Source: a phage
Reading direction: 5' to 3' (one strand)
DNA length: 56,700 nucleotides
Sequence record: PZ544694.1
Shown here: positions 1 to 9,834 of the stretch, piece by piece
How positions within the stretch are numbered: the first letter of the stretch is position 1
How the letters are laid out: each line of letters opens with the position of its first letter
Position numbers and translations under genes: made by a program
The notes under the pieces: model-generated
Database searches by the model: none
The model's input: the letters and a program-made list of their open reading frames with translations, nothing else
What the model was told of the DNA's origin: nothing

Positions 1-276
1 ATGAGCCGTCCATGCGATGAAACTCTCGCAGTATTAAAACAGCGATATGTTGAAGCGAGCCGAGCATATCACGATTTACAAATCGGGGTGTCTGGCCGAG
101 TGTTTGTCGACCAAAATAGCGAACGTGTTGAATTCACCGCAGCTAACCGTCAGAGTCTACTTGCGTATCTTACCGGGCTACAACGTCAGATTTGTCAGTT
201 AGCCCCGAACGACCCGATCTGTAATTGCGGTGTCGGCTTCGGGTCAATTTCCGCACCACTAGGGGCGTTATTCTAA
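1..276 (+). CDS. head-tail joining protein, lambda gpW-like
   Basis: 91 aa; segment HDLQIGVSGRVFVDQNSERVEFTAANRQSL aligns with lambda gpW ([29 protein letters not shown]); next to portal and terminase ORFs. Confidence 0.6.
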   Translation: MSRPCDETLAVLKQRYVEASRAYHDLQIGVSGRVFVDQNSERVEFTAANRQSLLAYLTGLQRQICQLAPNDPICNCGVGFGSISAPLGALF

Positions 277-1401
277 ATGAAATCAATCAAGGAACTTGTC
301 GCGAGAAGTGCGAACAATCCCCCGGAGGTTAAAGCACAAGGCGGTTATGAGGGTGCTCAGCGAAACTCGCGAGAAATGTATCGCTGGACGCCCGCAATAG
401 TCTCTCCGGATCAGGAATTAGACGGCGGACAAAAAGAATTAGCCGATGCCCGGGTTCAAAACGTTATCCAGAATGACGGTTTTGCGTCCGGTGCCGTATC
501 GATACATCGAGATAATATCGTCGGCTCTCAATACATGCTAAACGCTAAGCCGAATTTGTCCGCGCTAGGACTAAAAGGAGCTGACGCCGAAGCATGGGAG
601 GAGGAGTTTCAAGACGTCGTAGAGTCGAAATTCAACGTGGCTGCGGACTCAACGGAAAACTGGTTTGATGTCACACGACGCAATTCTTTTACCGGCTTGG
701 TTCGCCTCGCGGTGGCCCAAGCACTGATTTCCGGTGAAGTATTGGCATCGGCAGAATGGTCAAGAACCGCAGGTCGTCCTTTCAATACGGCCATTCAAAT
801 GATTAGCCCGCATCGACTGAGCAACCCGAATAACTCGGCCAACACGAAAAACATTCGAGGCGGTGTTCATGTCGATGCGTTCGGACGACCAATCGGGTAC
901 TACATTCAAAACAGTTTCCCGGGAGAGAGTTTAATCAACGGTGAGAATCAAATGTGGCGATATGTTCCATCACGCAAACCGTGGGGACGTCGACAGGTTA
1001 TTCACATCATGGAGCAAATTCTCCCGCACCAAAATCGCGGTATCTCAGACATGGTTGCAGCATTGAAGACCATTAGAATGACTAAGAACTTTCAGGAGAT
1101 AACGCTACAAAACGCGGTAATCAATGCCTCGTATGCAGCCGCAATTGAGTCGGAGCTACCACCGGAAGCCGTTTACGCTCAGTTAGGTTTAGGGCAACGT
1201 CCGTTCGGCGAGATTATCCATGAGATGATGACGAACGCAGCATCGTACTACGCGACTGCTAAAAACATGGAAATAGACGGCGCCAAGATCCCGCATTTAA
1301 TGCCCGGCACTAAGTTGAACTTAAAACCGATGGGGACTCCCGGCGGGATCGGCACGGACTTTGAGGAGTCGTTACTACGCCACATCGCAGCATCGTTATA
1401 A
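277..1401 (+). CDS. portal protein, lambda gpB family (N-terminal ~70 percent only)
   Basis: 374 aa colinear with lambda gpB: SIHRDNIVGS, MISPHRLSNPNN, INASYAAAIESEL, AKIPHLMPG, FEESLLRHIAASL; ends with TAA where homologs continue. Confidence 0.85.
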   Translation: MKSIKELVARSANNPPEVKAQGGYEGAQRNSREMYRWTPAIVSPDQELDGGQKELADARVQNVIQNDGFASGAVSIHRDNIVGSQYMLNAKPNLSALGLKGADAEAWEEEFQDVVESKFNVAADSTENWFDVTRRNSFTGLVRLAVAQALISGEVLASAEWSRTAGRPFNTAIQMISPHRLSNPNNSANTKNIRGGVHVDAFGRPIGYYIQNSFPGESLINGENQMWRYVPSRKPWGRRQVIHIMEQILPHQNRGISDMVAALKTIRMTKNFQEITLQNAVINASYAAAIESELPPEAVYAQLGLGQRPFGEIIHEMMTNAASYYATAKNMEIDGAKIPHLMPGTKLNLKPMGTPGGIGTDFEESLLRHIAASL

Positions 1402-3468
1402 ATGGCTAAATACAAAAATCTCTTTGAGATCGCGGTCAAGATGTCGGATAACTTACGACCCCCGGAAAGGTTGACCGTTTCTAATGCAGCATCTCAATAT
1501 CGATATGTAAATTCTCCCGGGTCGTATGTAGGCCCGTGGTTGAATACAACAACGCCGTATATGGTCGAACCAATGGACGTATTAACTTCGCGCAATCACA
1601 GCAAGATGGCGTTTGTAGGCCCGGCACAGTCAGGTAAAACCGACGCGATTATCATTAATGGCGTGTCATACTCAATCAAAGTCTCACCGATGGATACAAT
1701 GGTATTCTGTCCGACAATGGCAGCCGCCCGAGACTTTTCTATGCGACGTATTGATCGTCTTCACCGACACAGCCCGCTAATCGGCGAGCAATTGTTGAAA
1801 GGTAGAGACACCGACAATAAATTCGATAAACAATACATTACAGGTATGATGTTAACTATCACATACCCTACCGTGACCGAATTGGCCGGACGACCGGTTC
1901 CAAGAATATTGATGACCGACTTTGACCGTATGGACGACGATATCGGCGGTGATGGTAATCCATTTGACTTGGCAACACAGCGTACAACAACCTTTGGTTC
2001 GTTTGCTATGACTATGGCCGAATCGTCCCCGTCGAGAGAGATTCTTGACCCGCACTGGATAGCTAAGTCACCGCATGAGGCTCCGCCGTGTACCGGTATT
2101 ATTGCGCTTTACAACCGTGGGGATAGACGACGTTGGCAATGGCCGTGTCCTCACTGTGACGAATATTTCGAGGGTAAATTCGAGCATCTAACGTGGGACA
2201 ACGGAAAACAGCTATCTAACCGAGAGAAAGCAGAAACCGTACAAATGGTATGCCCGGAATGTGGTTGTTTGATCCACCCCGACGAACGCTTTGAAATGAA
2301 TTTATTCGGAGTGTGGGTTCCGGAGGGTTGTAAAGTTGATAAGAGCGGGAGACTTACGGGCAAAGCCCCTCATACCGACTTCATTTCTTACTGGCTCCGC
2401 GGTACGGCAGCCGCCTTTACGACATGGCAAAAACTGGTAAACATCTACCTCGATGCCCTTGACGAATATCAACGGACGTACTCAGAAGAAGCCTTGAAGA
2501 AATTCTGGAATAACAACATGGGTGAGCCGTATCAGCCTAAGTCGTTAGAATCAGTCCGCGCACCGGAAGCACTGAAAAGCCGGTCATCAGATTACCCGCT
2601 AGGCATGGTTCCGAATGACGTTCGATTCCTCGTAGCAACGATAGACGTTCAATTGAATAGCTTCGTAGTACAGGTGTTCGGTATTTCCCCGGGTTCACCG
2701 TATGACACTCATGTTATAGACCGGTTCTTCATCAACAAGTCGGAGCGTAAGGACGAAGACGGCGACGCAATGATCTTACAGCCGGCGACATACGAAGAAG
2801 ACTGGAAACTTATCGAAAAACAGGTAATAGATAAAGAGTATCCGTTGTCAGACGGTAGCGGTAGAATGATGTCAATTAAGATGACCGGTTGTGACTCCGG
2901 GGGTAAATCTGGCGTAACCGGCATGGCATACGCGTTCTATCGATATTTGAAGACAAAGAATAAACATGCTCGCTTCATCTTATTGAAAGGTGGCACACGA
3001 GTAACAGACCCGAGAACCCGTATTAGCTATCCGGACTCTAACCGGAAAAACGATAAGAATGCAGCTAGAGGAGAAATCCCGGTATTATTCTTAAACTCGA
3101 ACTTGTTGAAAGACGCATTAAACGGACGACTAGATTGTATTGAGCCTCACAAGGGCTATTATAATATGACTAGGGAATTACCGGACGAATTTTTCTCGGA
3201 GCTATGCGCCGAAACGAGAACCGCGAAAGGTTGGGAGAATTTAGCGCAAGCCCGAAACGAAGCATGGGACTTAAGCTACTACTGTTTGGGCCTTTGTACG
3301 TCTCCGGAGTTATTACGAGTAGAGTCGATAAATTGGGACAACCCCCCAACGTGGGCGGAGGAATGGGATAATAATACGATGGTCAGGGAACCCGAGGAAG
3401 AAAAACCATTCGCCTTTCAACCTCGACCGATGTTAGACTTTAGCCGTTTAGGTGAACTATTAGGATAG
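1402..3468 (+). CDS. terminase large subunit (GpA family)
   Basis: 688 aa; Walker A-like GPAQSGKTD; CPHC/CPEC Cys pairs; FTTW, VATIDVQ, MTGCDSGG and NEAWDLSYY blocks colinear with lambda gpA. Confidence 0.85.
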   Translation: MAKYKNLFEIAVKMSDNLRPPERLTVSNAASQYRYVNSPGSYVGPWLNTTTPYMVEPMDVLTSRNHSKMAFVGPAQSGKTDAIIINGVSYSIKVSPMDTMVFCPTMAAARDFSMRRIDRLHRHSPLIGEQLLKGRDTDNKFDKQYITGMMLTITYPTVTELAGRPVPRILMTDFDRMDDDIGGDGNPFDLATQRTTTFGSFAMTMAESSPSREILDPHWIAKSPHEAPPCTGIIALYNRGDRRRWQWPCPHCDEYFEGKFEHLTWDNGKQLSNREKAETVQMVCPECGCLIHPDERFEMNLFGVWVPEGCKVDKSGRLTGKAPHTDFISYWLRGTAAAFTTWQKLVNIYLDALDEYQRTYSEEALKKFWNNNMGEPYQPKSLESVRAPEALKSRSSDYPLGMVPNDVRFLVATIDVQLNSFVVQVFGISPGSPYDTHVIDRFFINKSERKDEDGDAMILQPATYEEDWKLIEKQVIDKEYPLSDGSGRMMSIKMTGCDSGGKSGVTGMAYAFYRYLKTKNKHARFILLKGGTRVTDPRTRISYPDSNRKNDKNAARGEIPVLFLNSNLLKDALNGRLDCIEPHKGYYNMTRELPDEFFSELCAETRTAKGWENLAQARNEAWDLSYYCLGLCTSPELLRVESINWDNPPTWAEEWDNNTMVREPEEEKPFAFQPRPMLDFSRLGELLG

Positions 3469-4053
3469 ATGGCAAAGGCACCGGTAACAACAAGACGTCG
3501 TAGCAATCAGCTAGACCGTGAATCCGAGTCGATGATCTTCGACGGGGTTAACATTACTCAGATCGCAAAGATATTTAACATGGAGCGTAGAGACGTTACG
3601 CCCAAGATCCGAGAAGTTCCTCCTTGCGGGGAACGAGGCGGGTATCCGATTTACAAATTAAATGAAGTGGCGCCATACCTAGTAAAGCCCCTGTATGATG
3701 TCGAAACCTACATTAAGCGAATGCACCCCAACGAGCTTCCTAAAATGCTCTCTAAAGAGTTCTGGAACGGAATGAAAGCTAAGCAGGACTACGAGTTGAG
3801 AGAGGGTGAGCTATGGCCTACCGACCAAGTAGAAGCGCTAATGTCGGAGTCTTTTAAACACTTACGCATGTCATTACTCTTAGTAACGGACTCACTGGAA
3901 CGTGAATCCACCCTCACCGATCATCAAAGAACCCGCATCACGGAAATGATAGACGGCGCGCTAAATGAGATGGCGCAAACACTCGTTGAGGCATTCGGAG
4001 ACCGGGCTAAGACGGAAGTCAAAGAGAGTACCGTAGGTGGCAAGAATGGCTAA
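3469..4053 (+). CDS. terminase small subunit (Nu1-like, HTH DNA-binding)
   Basis: 194 aa; N-terminal HTH-like IFDGVNITQIAKIFNMERRDV; C-terminal region resembles lambda Nu1; last 8 nt (ATGGCTAA) identical to first 8 nt of the terminase large ORF. Confidence 0.55.
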   Translation: MAKAPVTTRRRSNQLDRESESMIFDGVNITQIAKIFNMERRDVTPKIREVPPCGERGGYPIYKLNEVAPYLVKPLYDVETYIKRMHPNELPKMLSKEFWNGMKAKQDYELREGELWPTDQVEALMSESFKHLRMSLLLVTDSLERESTLTDHQRTRITEMIDGALNEMAQTLVEAFGDRAKTEVKESTVGGKNG

Positions 4054-5577
4054 ATGCGAAAGAAATTCTCGAAACGTACGGTTGGGAAGACTAAAGTTAA
4101 CCTACTTGAAGAAATCAGGAAAGGTAGAAAACTTGTTGAAAGACAACGGGAAGACTTACACGAGTATCAAGTTGAAGCCCGACAACTGGCGCATGACATT
4201 CCATTCTGCGGATTATTCCTCGAAATGGGTATAGGCAAAACCGTAATAACCGGAACGCTGATCGCCGACTTACTTGATAACTTTGAAGTAGATAGAGTTC
4301 TCATTATAGGCCCTCGTAGGGTGGCTAAAGTAACATGGCCGGACGAATTCATGGAGTGGGGTCATCTATGTGGGTATAAAGTAACGCCGGCAGTCGGAAC
4401 ACCCAAGGAAAGACTAGCGGTACTAAATAGCAATAGTCCTATCGTATCCATAAACCGAGAGAATGTAAGCTGGCTAGTAAACTATTACAAAGGCAAGTGG
4501 CCGTTCGATATGGTGGTCATAGACGAGTCGAGTTCCTTTAAGTCTCACAAATCTAAGCGGTTTAAGGACTTAACTAAAGTCAGACCGAGGATAAAACGAC
4601 TAATCGAGTTGACGGCCACCCCAAATGGCGAGGGATTTACTTCGTTCTTTTCTCAAATATATTTACTTGATTACGGTAAACGGTTCGGCCGTAGCTTCAA
4701 TAAGTTTAGGGATAAATACTTCGAGTACAACCCGTATAACCACAGCATCAAGCCGAGAGAAGATACGGAGATGCGTATCTTAGAAAAGATAAAAGATATA
4801 TGCGTAGTTATGCGAGCAGAAGACTATCTCGATCGAGTACCGTATGAGCCAAAGGTGATCCCGGTAAAACTCAATAAGAAGATCACCAAGGAGTATTTCG
4901 ACTTCCAAAAGAATTTAGTCATGATGATACCCGAAGCGGAAAACGTCATAGTGGAAGCGCAATCGGCAGCGATACTCGCATTGAAACTGCTACAAATGTG
5001 CTCCGGCGTTATTTACAACACGTACTATGACGGGATAGATGAGAACGAGGAGCCGATAAGGAAGACCGACATCTATGATATCCACGAGGAGAAACTAGAC
5101 GCGCTCGAAGTGTTTCTGGAAGAAGCAAAGGAAGCCGGAAAGAATGTTTTCCTTGGGTATCACTTTCGGTCATCACGAGAAAGAATATTAGCCCGATTCC
5201 CGGATATCGTCGAGATGGATAAAGACGGAAATAACATAAAACAATGGAACGCGGGGCGAATAAAAGTTTACATGGCACACCCTCAAAGTGCGGGGCACGG
5301 CTTGAATTTACAGCGGGGCGGACATACAATTCTTTTCTATGACATTCCGTATTCGTTCGAGAACTATGACCAATTTATCGGCCGGCTCGATAGGCAAGGT
5401 CAAAAGCACCGAGTAACAGTACACCACTTAGTTGCGGTCGGAACAAATGAAGATGGCCGAACAGTCCAACTAGCCGACCGCCACGTTTATAACAATCTGA
5501 GACGTAAGGAAGAAAACCAAGATTGGGCCTTGAAGACCTTACGTGATCTCAGAAAAGCGATGAAAAAGGAAGTTTAG
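4054..5577 (+). CDS. SNF2-family (DEAD/DEAH-like) helicase
   Basis: 507 aa; motifs GIGKT (I), VVIDESS (II), LTATP (III), QSAGHGLNLQ and QFIGRLDRQGQ (VI). Confidence 0.85.
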   Translation: MRKKFSKRTVGKTKVNLLEEIRKGRKLVERQREDLHEYQVEARQLAHDIPFCGLFLEMGIGKTVITGTLIADLLDNFEVDRVLIIGPRRVAKVTWPDEFMEWGHLCGYKVTPAVGTPKERLAVLNSNSPIVSINRENVSWLVNYYKGKWPFDMVVIDESSSFKSHKSKRFKDLTKVRPRIKRLIELTATPNGEGFTSFFSQIYLLDYGKRFGRSFNKFRDKYFEYNPYNHSIKPREDTEMRILEKIKDICVVMRAEDYLDRVPYEPKVIPVKLNKKITKEYFDFQKNLVMMIPEAENVIVEAQSAAILALKLLQMCSGVIYNTYYDGIDENEEPIRKTDIYDIHEEKLDALEVFLEEAKEAGKNVFLGYHFRSSRERILARFPDIVEMDKDGNNIKQWNAGRIKVYMAHPQSAGHGLNLQRGGHTILFYDIPYSFENYDQFIGRLDRQGQKHRVTVHHLVAVGTNEDGRTVQLADRHVYNNLRRKEENQDWALKTLRDLRKAMKKEV

Positions 5578-5865
5578 ATGACTGTTAGAGAGAGCAAAGT
5601 CGAATCGGATATCCGAAAATACGCTTTGGCCCGAGGCTGGTGGGTTTCTAAATTTACTAGCCCCGGTAAACGAGGCGTACCAGACCGGATATTCATTAAA
5701 AACAGTTTTGTAGTTTTTATCGAAATCAAACGCCCCGGAGAGAAGCCGTCGAAGCAACAAGAATTACGCATGGCCGAGATGAAGCGCTACGGGGCTTTAG
5801 TATATTGGGTGGATAATTTAAACGATGCGAAAGAAATTCTCGAAACGTACGGTTGGGAAGACTAA
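5578..5865 (+). CDS. VRR-NUC domain nuclease (PD-(D/E)xK fold)
   Basis: 95 aa; GVPDRIFI ... VFIEIKRPGEKPSKQQ pattern typical of VRR-NUC; last 41 nt identical to first 41 nt of the SNF2 ORF. Confidence 0.6.
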   Translation: MTVRESKVESDIRKYALARGWWVSKFTSPGKRGVPDRIFIKNSFVVFIEIKRPGEKPSKQQELRMAEMKRYGALVYWVDNLNDAKEILETYGWED

Positions 5866-7899
5866 GTGGAATCGAAAAGAACGTTAATTTTTGACTATGA
5901 AACATATAGCGAACTAGACATAAAGAAAGTAGGCGGTCACAAGTATGCACAGCACCCGTCTACTGAAATTCTAATGGTAGCGTGGAAGTTTACTGACTCG
6001 GACGAAATCGGTTTTTGGGACAACACAATGCCCGAAGAAGATTTAGACGAGTTAAAGGGATATTTGCGCGACGATAACATCATAAAACGGGCATTCAACG
6101 CGCAGTTTGAGCGGTTGATCACTAAACACGTCCTAGGTATCGACACACCGTATGACGTCTGGCGTTGTACGATGGTGGCTGCGTACCACCGAGGTTTTAC
6201 CGGCGGGTTAGACATGGTTGGTAAGGCTCTAGGTTTTAAAGGGGATAAAGCAAAAGACGCAGCAGGTAAACGCCTAATTCAGAAATTTTGTAAACCAAGA
6301 AAGCCAACTAAACTCGACAAAAGTACAAGACACGATGCGGAATCACACCCGGAAGAATGGGAAGCATTCGGAGCCTATTGCCGACAAGACGTGATAGCCG
6401 AAGAAAATATCGACCGCCGTCTGAGTGACATCAAGTATGACATGATCGAATTTGAGTGGGAAGTTTACGCGTTAGACCAGAAAATTAATGACCGCGGAAT
6501 AAATATCGATAACGACTTCATCGAAGCAGCAATAAAGATGGCCGAGACACGCAAGCCACAGATTATCGATGAAATGCGAGAACTTACAGGGCTAGCCAAT
6601 CCCGGGTCTCAGAAACAACTATTAGCGTGGCTACAACAAGAGGGATACCCGTTCAACGACCTATTAGCTGACACCGTGAAAAAAGTCATAAACGAGTATC
6701 CGGACAATGGGATCACAGAAAAAGCGTGTCGAGTTCTTAAACTTCGTCGTAAATCTAACAAAACCTCTCTAAAGAAATACAACAAAATGTTAGATATTGA
6801 AAACGACGACGGTAGGGTACGCGGAACAATTCAATGCTACGGGGGTTCTCGAACCGGACGATTCGCCGGGCGGGGCTTACAAACTCACAACTTCGTAAGA
6901 ACACCGAAGATACTTGAAGACGTCGAAGCTACGGAAATCGCTAAAAAGCTAGTTCTCGACCAAGACATGTGGGCTTTAAACGTTTTTGCTGGCGAACCCA
7001 TGGATATGTTGCCGGGGCTACTACGATCCGCACTAATCCCAACGGTAGGTCGTCGCTTCGTTGTAGCGGACTTGTCATCAATTGAATCGGTAGTAATAGG
7101 TTGGCTTACCGGCTGTAAGTGGTTCCTAGATACCTTGCGGGCTAAAAAAGACTTATATCGCGCATTCGCCTCAGCATGGCTAAAAATTCCTTACGAAGAC
7201 ACCCTCCCATTCCGAGGAAAGGCAAAACCGGCCACACTAGGTTGCGGATATCGACTAGGCGGTGGCGAACTTATTGACGGTAAGAAAACCGGACTTTGGG
7301 GTTACGGTGAAAACATGGGAGTCATGCTAACACAAGAGGAGGCTCACGCTTCGGTAGACGCATTCCGAGAGTTGTGCCCTGAGATTGTTGACGGTTGGTA
7401 TAAACTTGAAGATTGCGTAAAAACCACCATTAAGACGCACAAGACAACCCGATGGAGATCGTTAGTATTCGGGTTTAAAAAACCGTTCTTATGGATTAAG
7501 TTGCCATCGGGGCGGAAACTTTATTACTACCGCCCACGCTTAGTAACAAACACCTACAAGAACCGCAGAGGTGAGACGTACACTCGTCAAGAAATAATGT
7601 ACGAGGGTAAAAAAGATCAAGGCGGTTGGGGTGTTCAAACCACGCACGGCGGGAAATTGATTGAGAATATCGTTCAAGCCATAGCAAGAGATGTCCTAGT
7701 AAACGGCATGTTTAATGCGGAAGAAATAGGTTTCGATATCGTATTCCACGTTCACGATGAAATCATAACGGAAGTCGACGAAGATGACCTGTTAGGGCTA
7801 GACGACCTCATTGATTGTATGGCAGCACCGATATCGTGGGCGCCGGGACTACCATTAGGAGCAGCAGGGTGGGAGGGGTATTTTTACCGTAAAGATTAA
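5866..7899 (+). CDS. DNA polymerase, family A, with 3'-5' exonuclease domain
   Basis: 677 aa, GTG start; exo motif LIFDYETYSELD; pol motif A-like VVADLSSIESVV; motif B-like KAKPATLGCGYRLG; motif C FHVHDEIITE. Confidence 0.8.
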   Translation: MESKRTLIFDYETYSELDIKKVGGHKYAQHPSTEILMVAWKFTDSDEIGFWDNTMPEEDLDELKGYLRDDNIIKRAFNAQFERLITKHVLGIDTPYDVWRCTMVAAYHRGFTGGLDMVGKALGFKGDKAKDAAGKRLIQKFCKPRKPTKLDKSTRHDAESHPEEWEAFGAYCRQDVIAEENIDRRLSDIKYDMIEFEWEVYALDQKINDRGINIDNDFIEAAIKMAETRKPQIIDEMRELTGLANPGSQKQLLAWLQQEGYPFNDLLADTVKKVINEYPDNGITEKACRVLKLRRKSNKTSLKKYNKMLDIENDDGRVRGTIQCYGGSRTGRFAGRGLQTHNFVRTPKILEDVEATEIAKKLVLDQDMWALNVFAGEPMDMLPGLLRSALIPTVGRRFVVADLSSIESVVIGWLTGCKWFLDTLRAKKDLYRAFASAWLKIPYEDTLPFRGKAKPATLGCGYRLGGGELIDGKKTGLWGYGENMGVMLTQEEAHASVDAFRELCPEIVDGWYKLEDCVKTTIKTHKTTRWRSLVFGFKKPFLWIKLPSGRKLYYYRPRLVTNTYKNRRGETYTRQEIMYEGKKDQGGWGVQTTHGGKLIENIVQAIARDVLVNGMFNAEEIGFDIVFHVHDEIITEVDEDDLLGLDDLIDCMAAPISWAPGLPLGAAGWEGYFYRKD

Positions 7900-8505
7900 A
7901 TGGCAAAACTTAAACCAGTAAAACGTATTAAACATGAAGGTAAAACAGTAGCGGTAATCTATGAAGACGGCCACGTCCGAATTGATAATGTTCGCTTGTC
8001 ATACCCACACTTAGCAACACCACAAGAGGGTGATGACGGCAGTAAAAAGTTCGGTGCTACATTCTTATTAGACAAGGACATTCATTCTGAAACAGCCGAA
8101 GTCTTAAAAGATTTAGCAGCTAAAACAGCGAAAAACGCGAAAGTGAAAGTCCCGTCATCGAAGTATTTCATCAAAGATGGTGACGAAGAATTTTCGGACA
8201 AACCTGAATGTGAAAATATGTTTGTTATCTCCGCCCGGGAAAAGAAACGTCCTGTTTGTCGAGATGCTGACAAAGAAGAAATCGACGTAGACGATATTGA
8301 AGAAATCCTATACGGCGGTTGCTATGTTAGTGCCTTGATTGGTCTTTGGGTTCAAGATAACAAATACGGAAAACGAGTTAACGCTAACCTCCGTTCAATC
8401 AAATTCATCAAAGACGGCGAGCCGTTCGGTGCTGAAAGAATCGATGATTCCGAAGCGTGGGACGACGAAGACGAATGGGGTGAAGGCGAAGAAGACGACA
8501 TCTAA
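7900..8505 (+). CDS. putative ssDNA-binding protein (DUF2815-like) with acidic C-terminal tail
   Basis: 201 aa; N-terminal RLSYPHLATPQ...FGATFLL resembles DUF2815 phage proteins; C-terminal DDSEAWDDEDEWGEGEEDDI; next to DNA polymerase. Confidence 0.4.
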   Translation: MAKLKPVKRIKHEGKTVAVIYEDGHVRIDNVRLSYPHLATPQEGDDGSKKFGATFLLDKDIHSETAEVLKDLAAKTAKNAKVKVPSSKYFIKDGDEEFSDKPECENMFVISAREKKRPVCRDADKEEIDVDDIEEILYGGCYVSALIGLWVQDNKYGKRVNANLRSIKFIKDGEPFGAERIDDSEAWDDEDEWGEGEEDDI

Positions 8506-9834
8506 ATGGATAAATCATTTTTACATCGACTTATGTTGGCTTGCGAAAATGACGGACATTCGATATTCGCACCGTCATACTCCGCAACTTGGATGAATTG
8601 CCCCGGGTCGCTAGTACCTAGCATCTTGGAGGAAGATTCAGCCGGGTTCGAGGCAGCCGAGGGAACCATCGCCCACGCTATTGCTGAGGAGTGGTTGAGA
8701 ACCGGGAACAGGCCCGACCACTTATTAAATACAACTCAGGTACACGAGGAGAACGGAAATCGATTCGAGATCCCGGTCGACCACGAAATGTTCGAGTATC
8801 TTCAAGAATACATTAAGATGTGCGGTGAGAACAAAGGCGATCAGTTTGTAGAAACTAAAGTGTGGTTCACGGACTTAATGCCGATCGCCAACCCGGACGC
8901 AGACGAGCTAAACGGGGAAGATGAAAGCCCGATTAAGTTTATCCGACAAGGCGGTACGTGTGACCACGCTGTATGCCAACCCGGTAAATTAATCATAACC
9001 GATTTGAAATACGGGCAATTCATTCACGTTTCTACTGACGACAATACTCAATTGAAATTGTACGCATACGGATTCTTTAGAGAGTTCGACGAAAAGTATC
9101 ACTTCGAAGATATAGAGATCCGTATCTGTCAACCGAGAAAATATAATTTTGGCCGGTTTAAGATGACCCGTTCGGAGATTATCGCTTTCGGGGAGCGAGT
9201 GAAAAAAGCCACCAAAGAAGCGTGGAGTATGGACGCTCTACGTTACCCAAGTGAAAAGGCTTGCGAGTGGTGTAAGATATCCTACAAATGCCCGGCGAAC
9301 TTCGCAAGAATACTAGATCTCAAGAACGGCAGATACAGCCCTAACCCATTCGGATACTCGGCGGACGACATGGCAAGTATAAAAGATCTCCTCAGAGAAG
9401 AACTAAATTTACAATTAAAAGAGACTTCCCTATTGACATGGGAGGAAATTTCGTTAATATACCCACATCGCAAGCCGATAGAGAAGTGGTTCAAAGATGT
9501 TGAGAAAGCAGCATCAAAACGGATCATGGAGGGTAAGCCGATAAAAGGCTTGAAGATGGTAGCGAAAAGAGGGACTCGGCAGTTTGTTGAGGAGTCCACG
9601 GCCACGGAAGAACTAGAATTTGTAGGGCTAGACGAAAGTCAAATAAACCCCACAAAGATGATATCCCCGAAACAGGCCGAAACACTATTGAAAAAGCTAG
9701 GATATGATAAAGATGTTGTTAAAAGCATCTTGTCTGACCTGACTTTTACAAAACCGGGCGAACCGACGTTAGTTACAGAGGACGACCCACGAAAAGACCT
9801 AAACGAGAAGTATCAAGAAGTTTGGGACGATTAA
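8506..9834 (+). CDS. Cas4/RecB-like PD-(D/E)xK nuclease with Fe-S cysteines (DUF2800-like)
   Basis: 442 aa; N-terminal Cys (WMNCPGS), ITDLKYGQ (D-x-K), C-terminal C-x2-C-x5-C (CEWCKISYKC). Confidence 0.5.
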   Translation: MDKSFLHRLMLACENDGHSIFAPSYSATWMNCPGSLVPSILEEDSAGFEAAEGTIAHAIAEEWLRTGNRPDHLLNTTQVHEENGNRFEIPVDHEMFEYLQEYIKMCGENKGDQFVETKVWFTDLMPIANPDADELNGEDESPIKFIRQGGTCDHAVCQPGKLIITDLKYGQFIHVSTDDNTQLKLYAYGFFREFDEKYHFEDIEIRICQPRKYNFGRFKMTRSEIIAFGERVKKATKEAWSMDALRYPSEKACEWCKISYKCPANFARILDLKNGRYSPNPFGYSADDMASIKDLLREELNLQLKETSLLTWEEISLIYPHRKPIEKWFKDVEKAASKRIMEGKPIKGLKMVAKRGTRQFVEESTATEELEFVGLDESQINPTKMISPKQAETLLKKLGYDKDVVKSILSDLTFTKPGEPTLVTEDDPRKDLNEKYQEVWDD

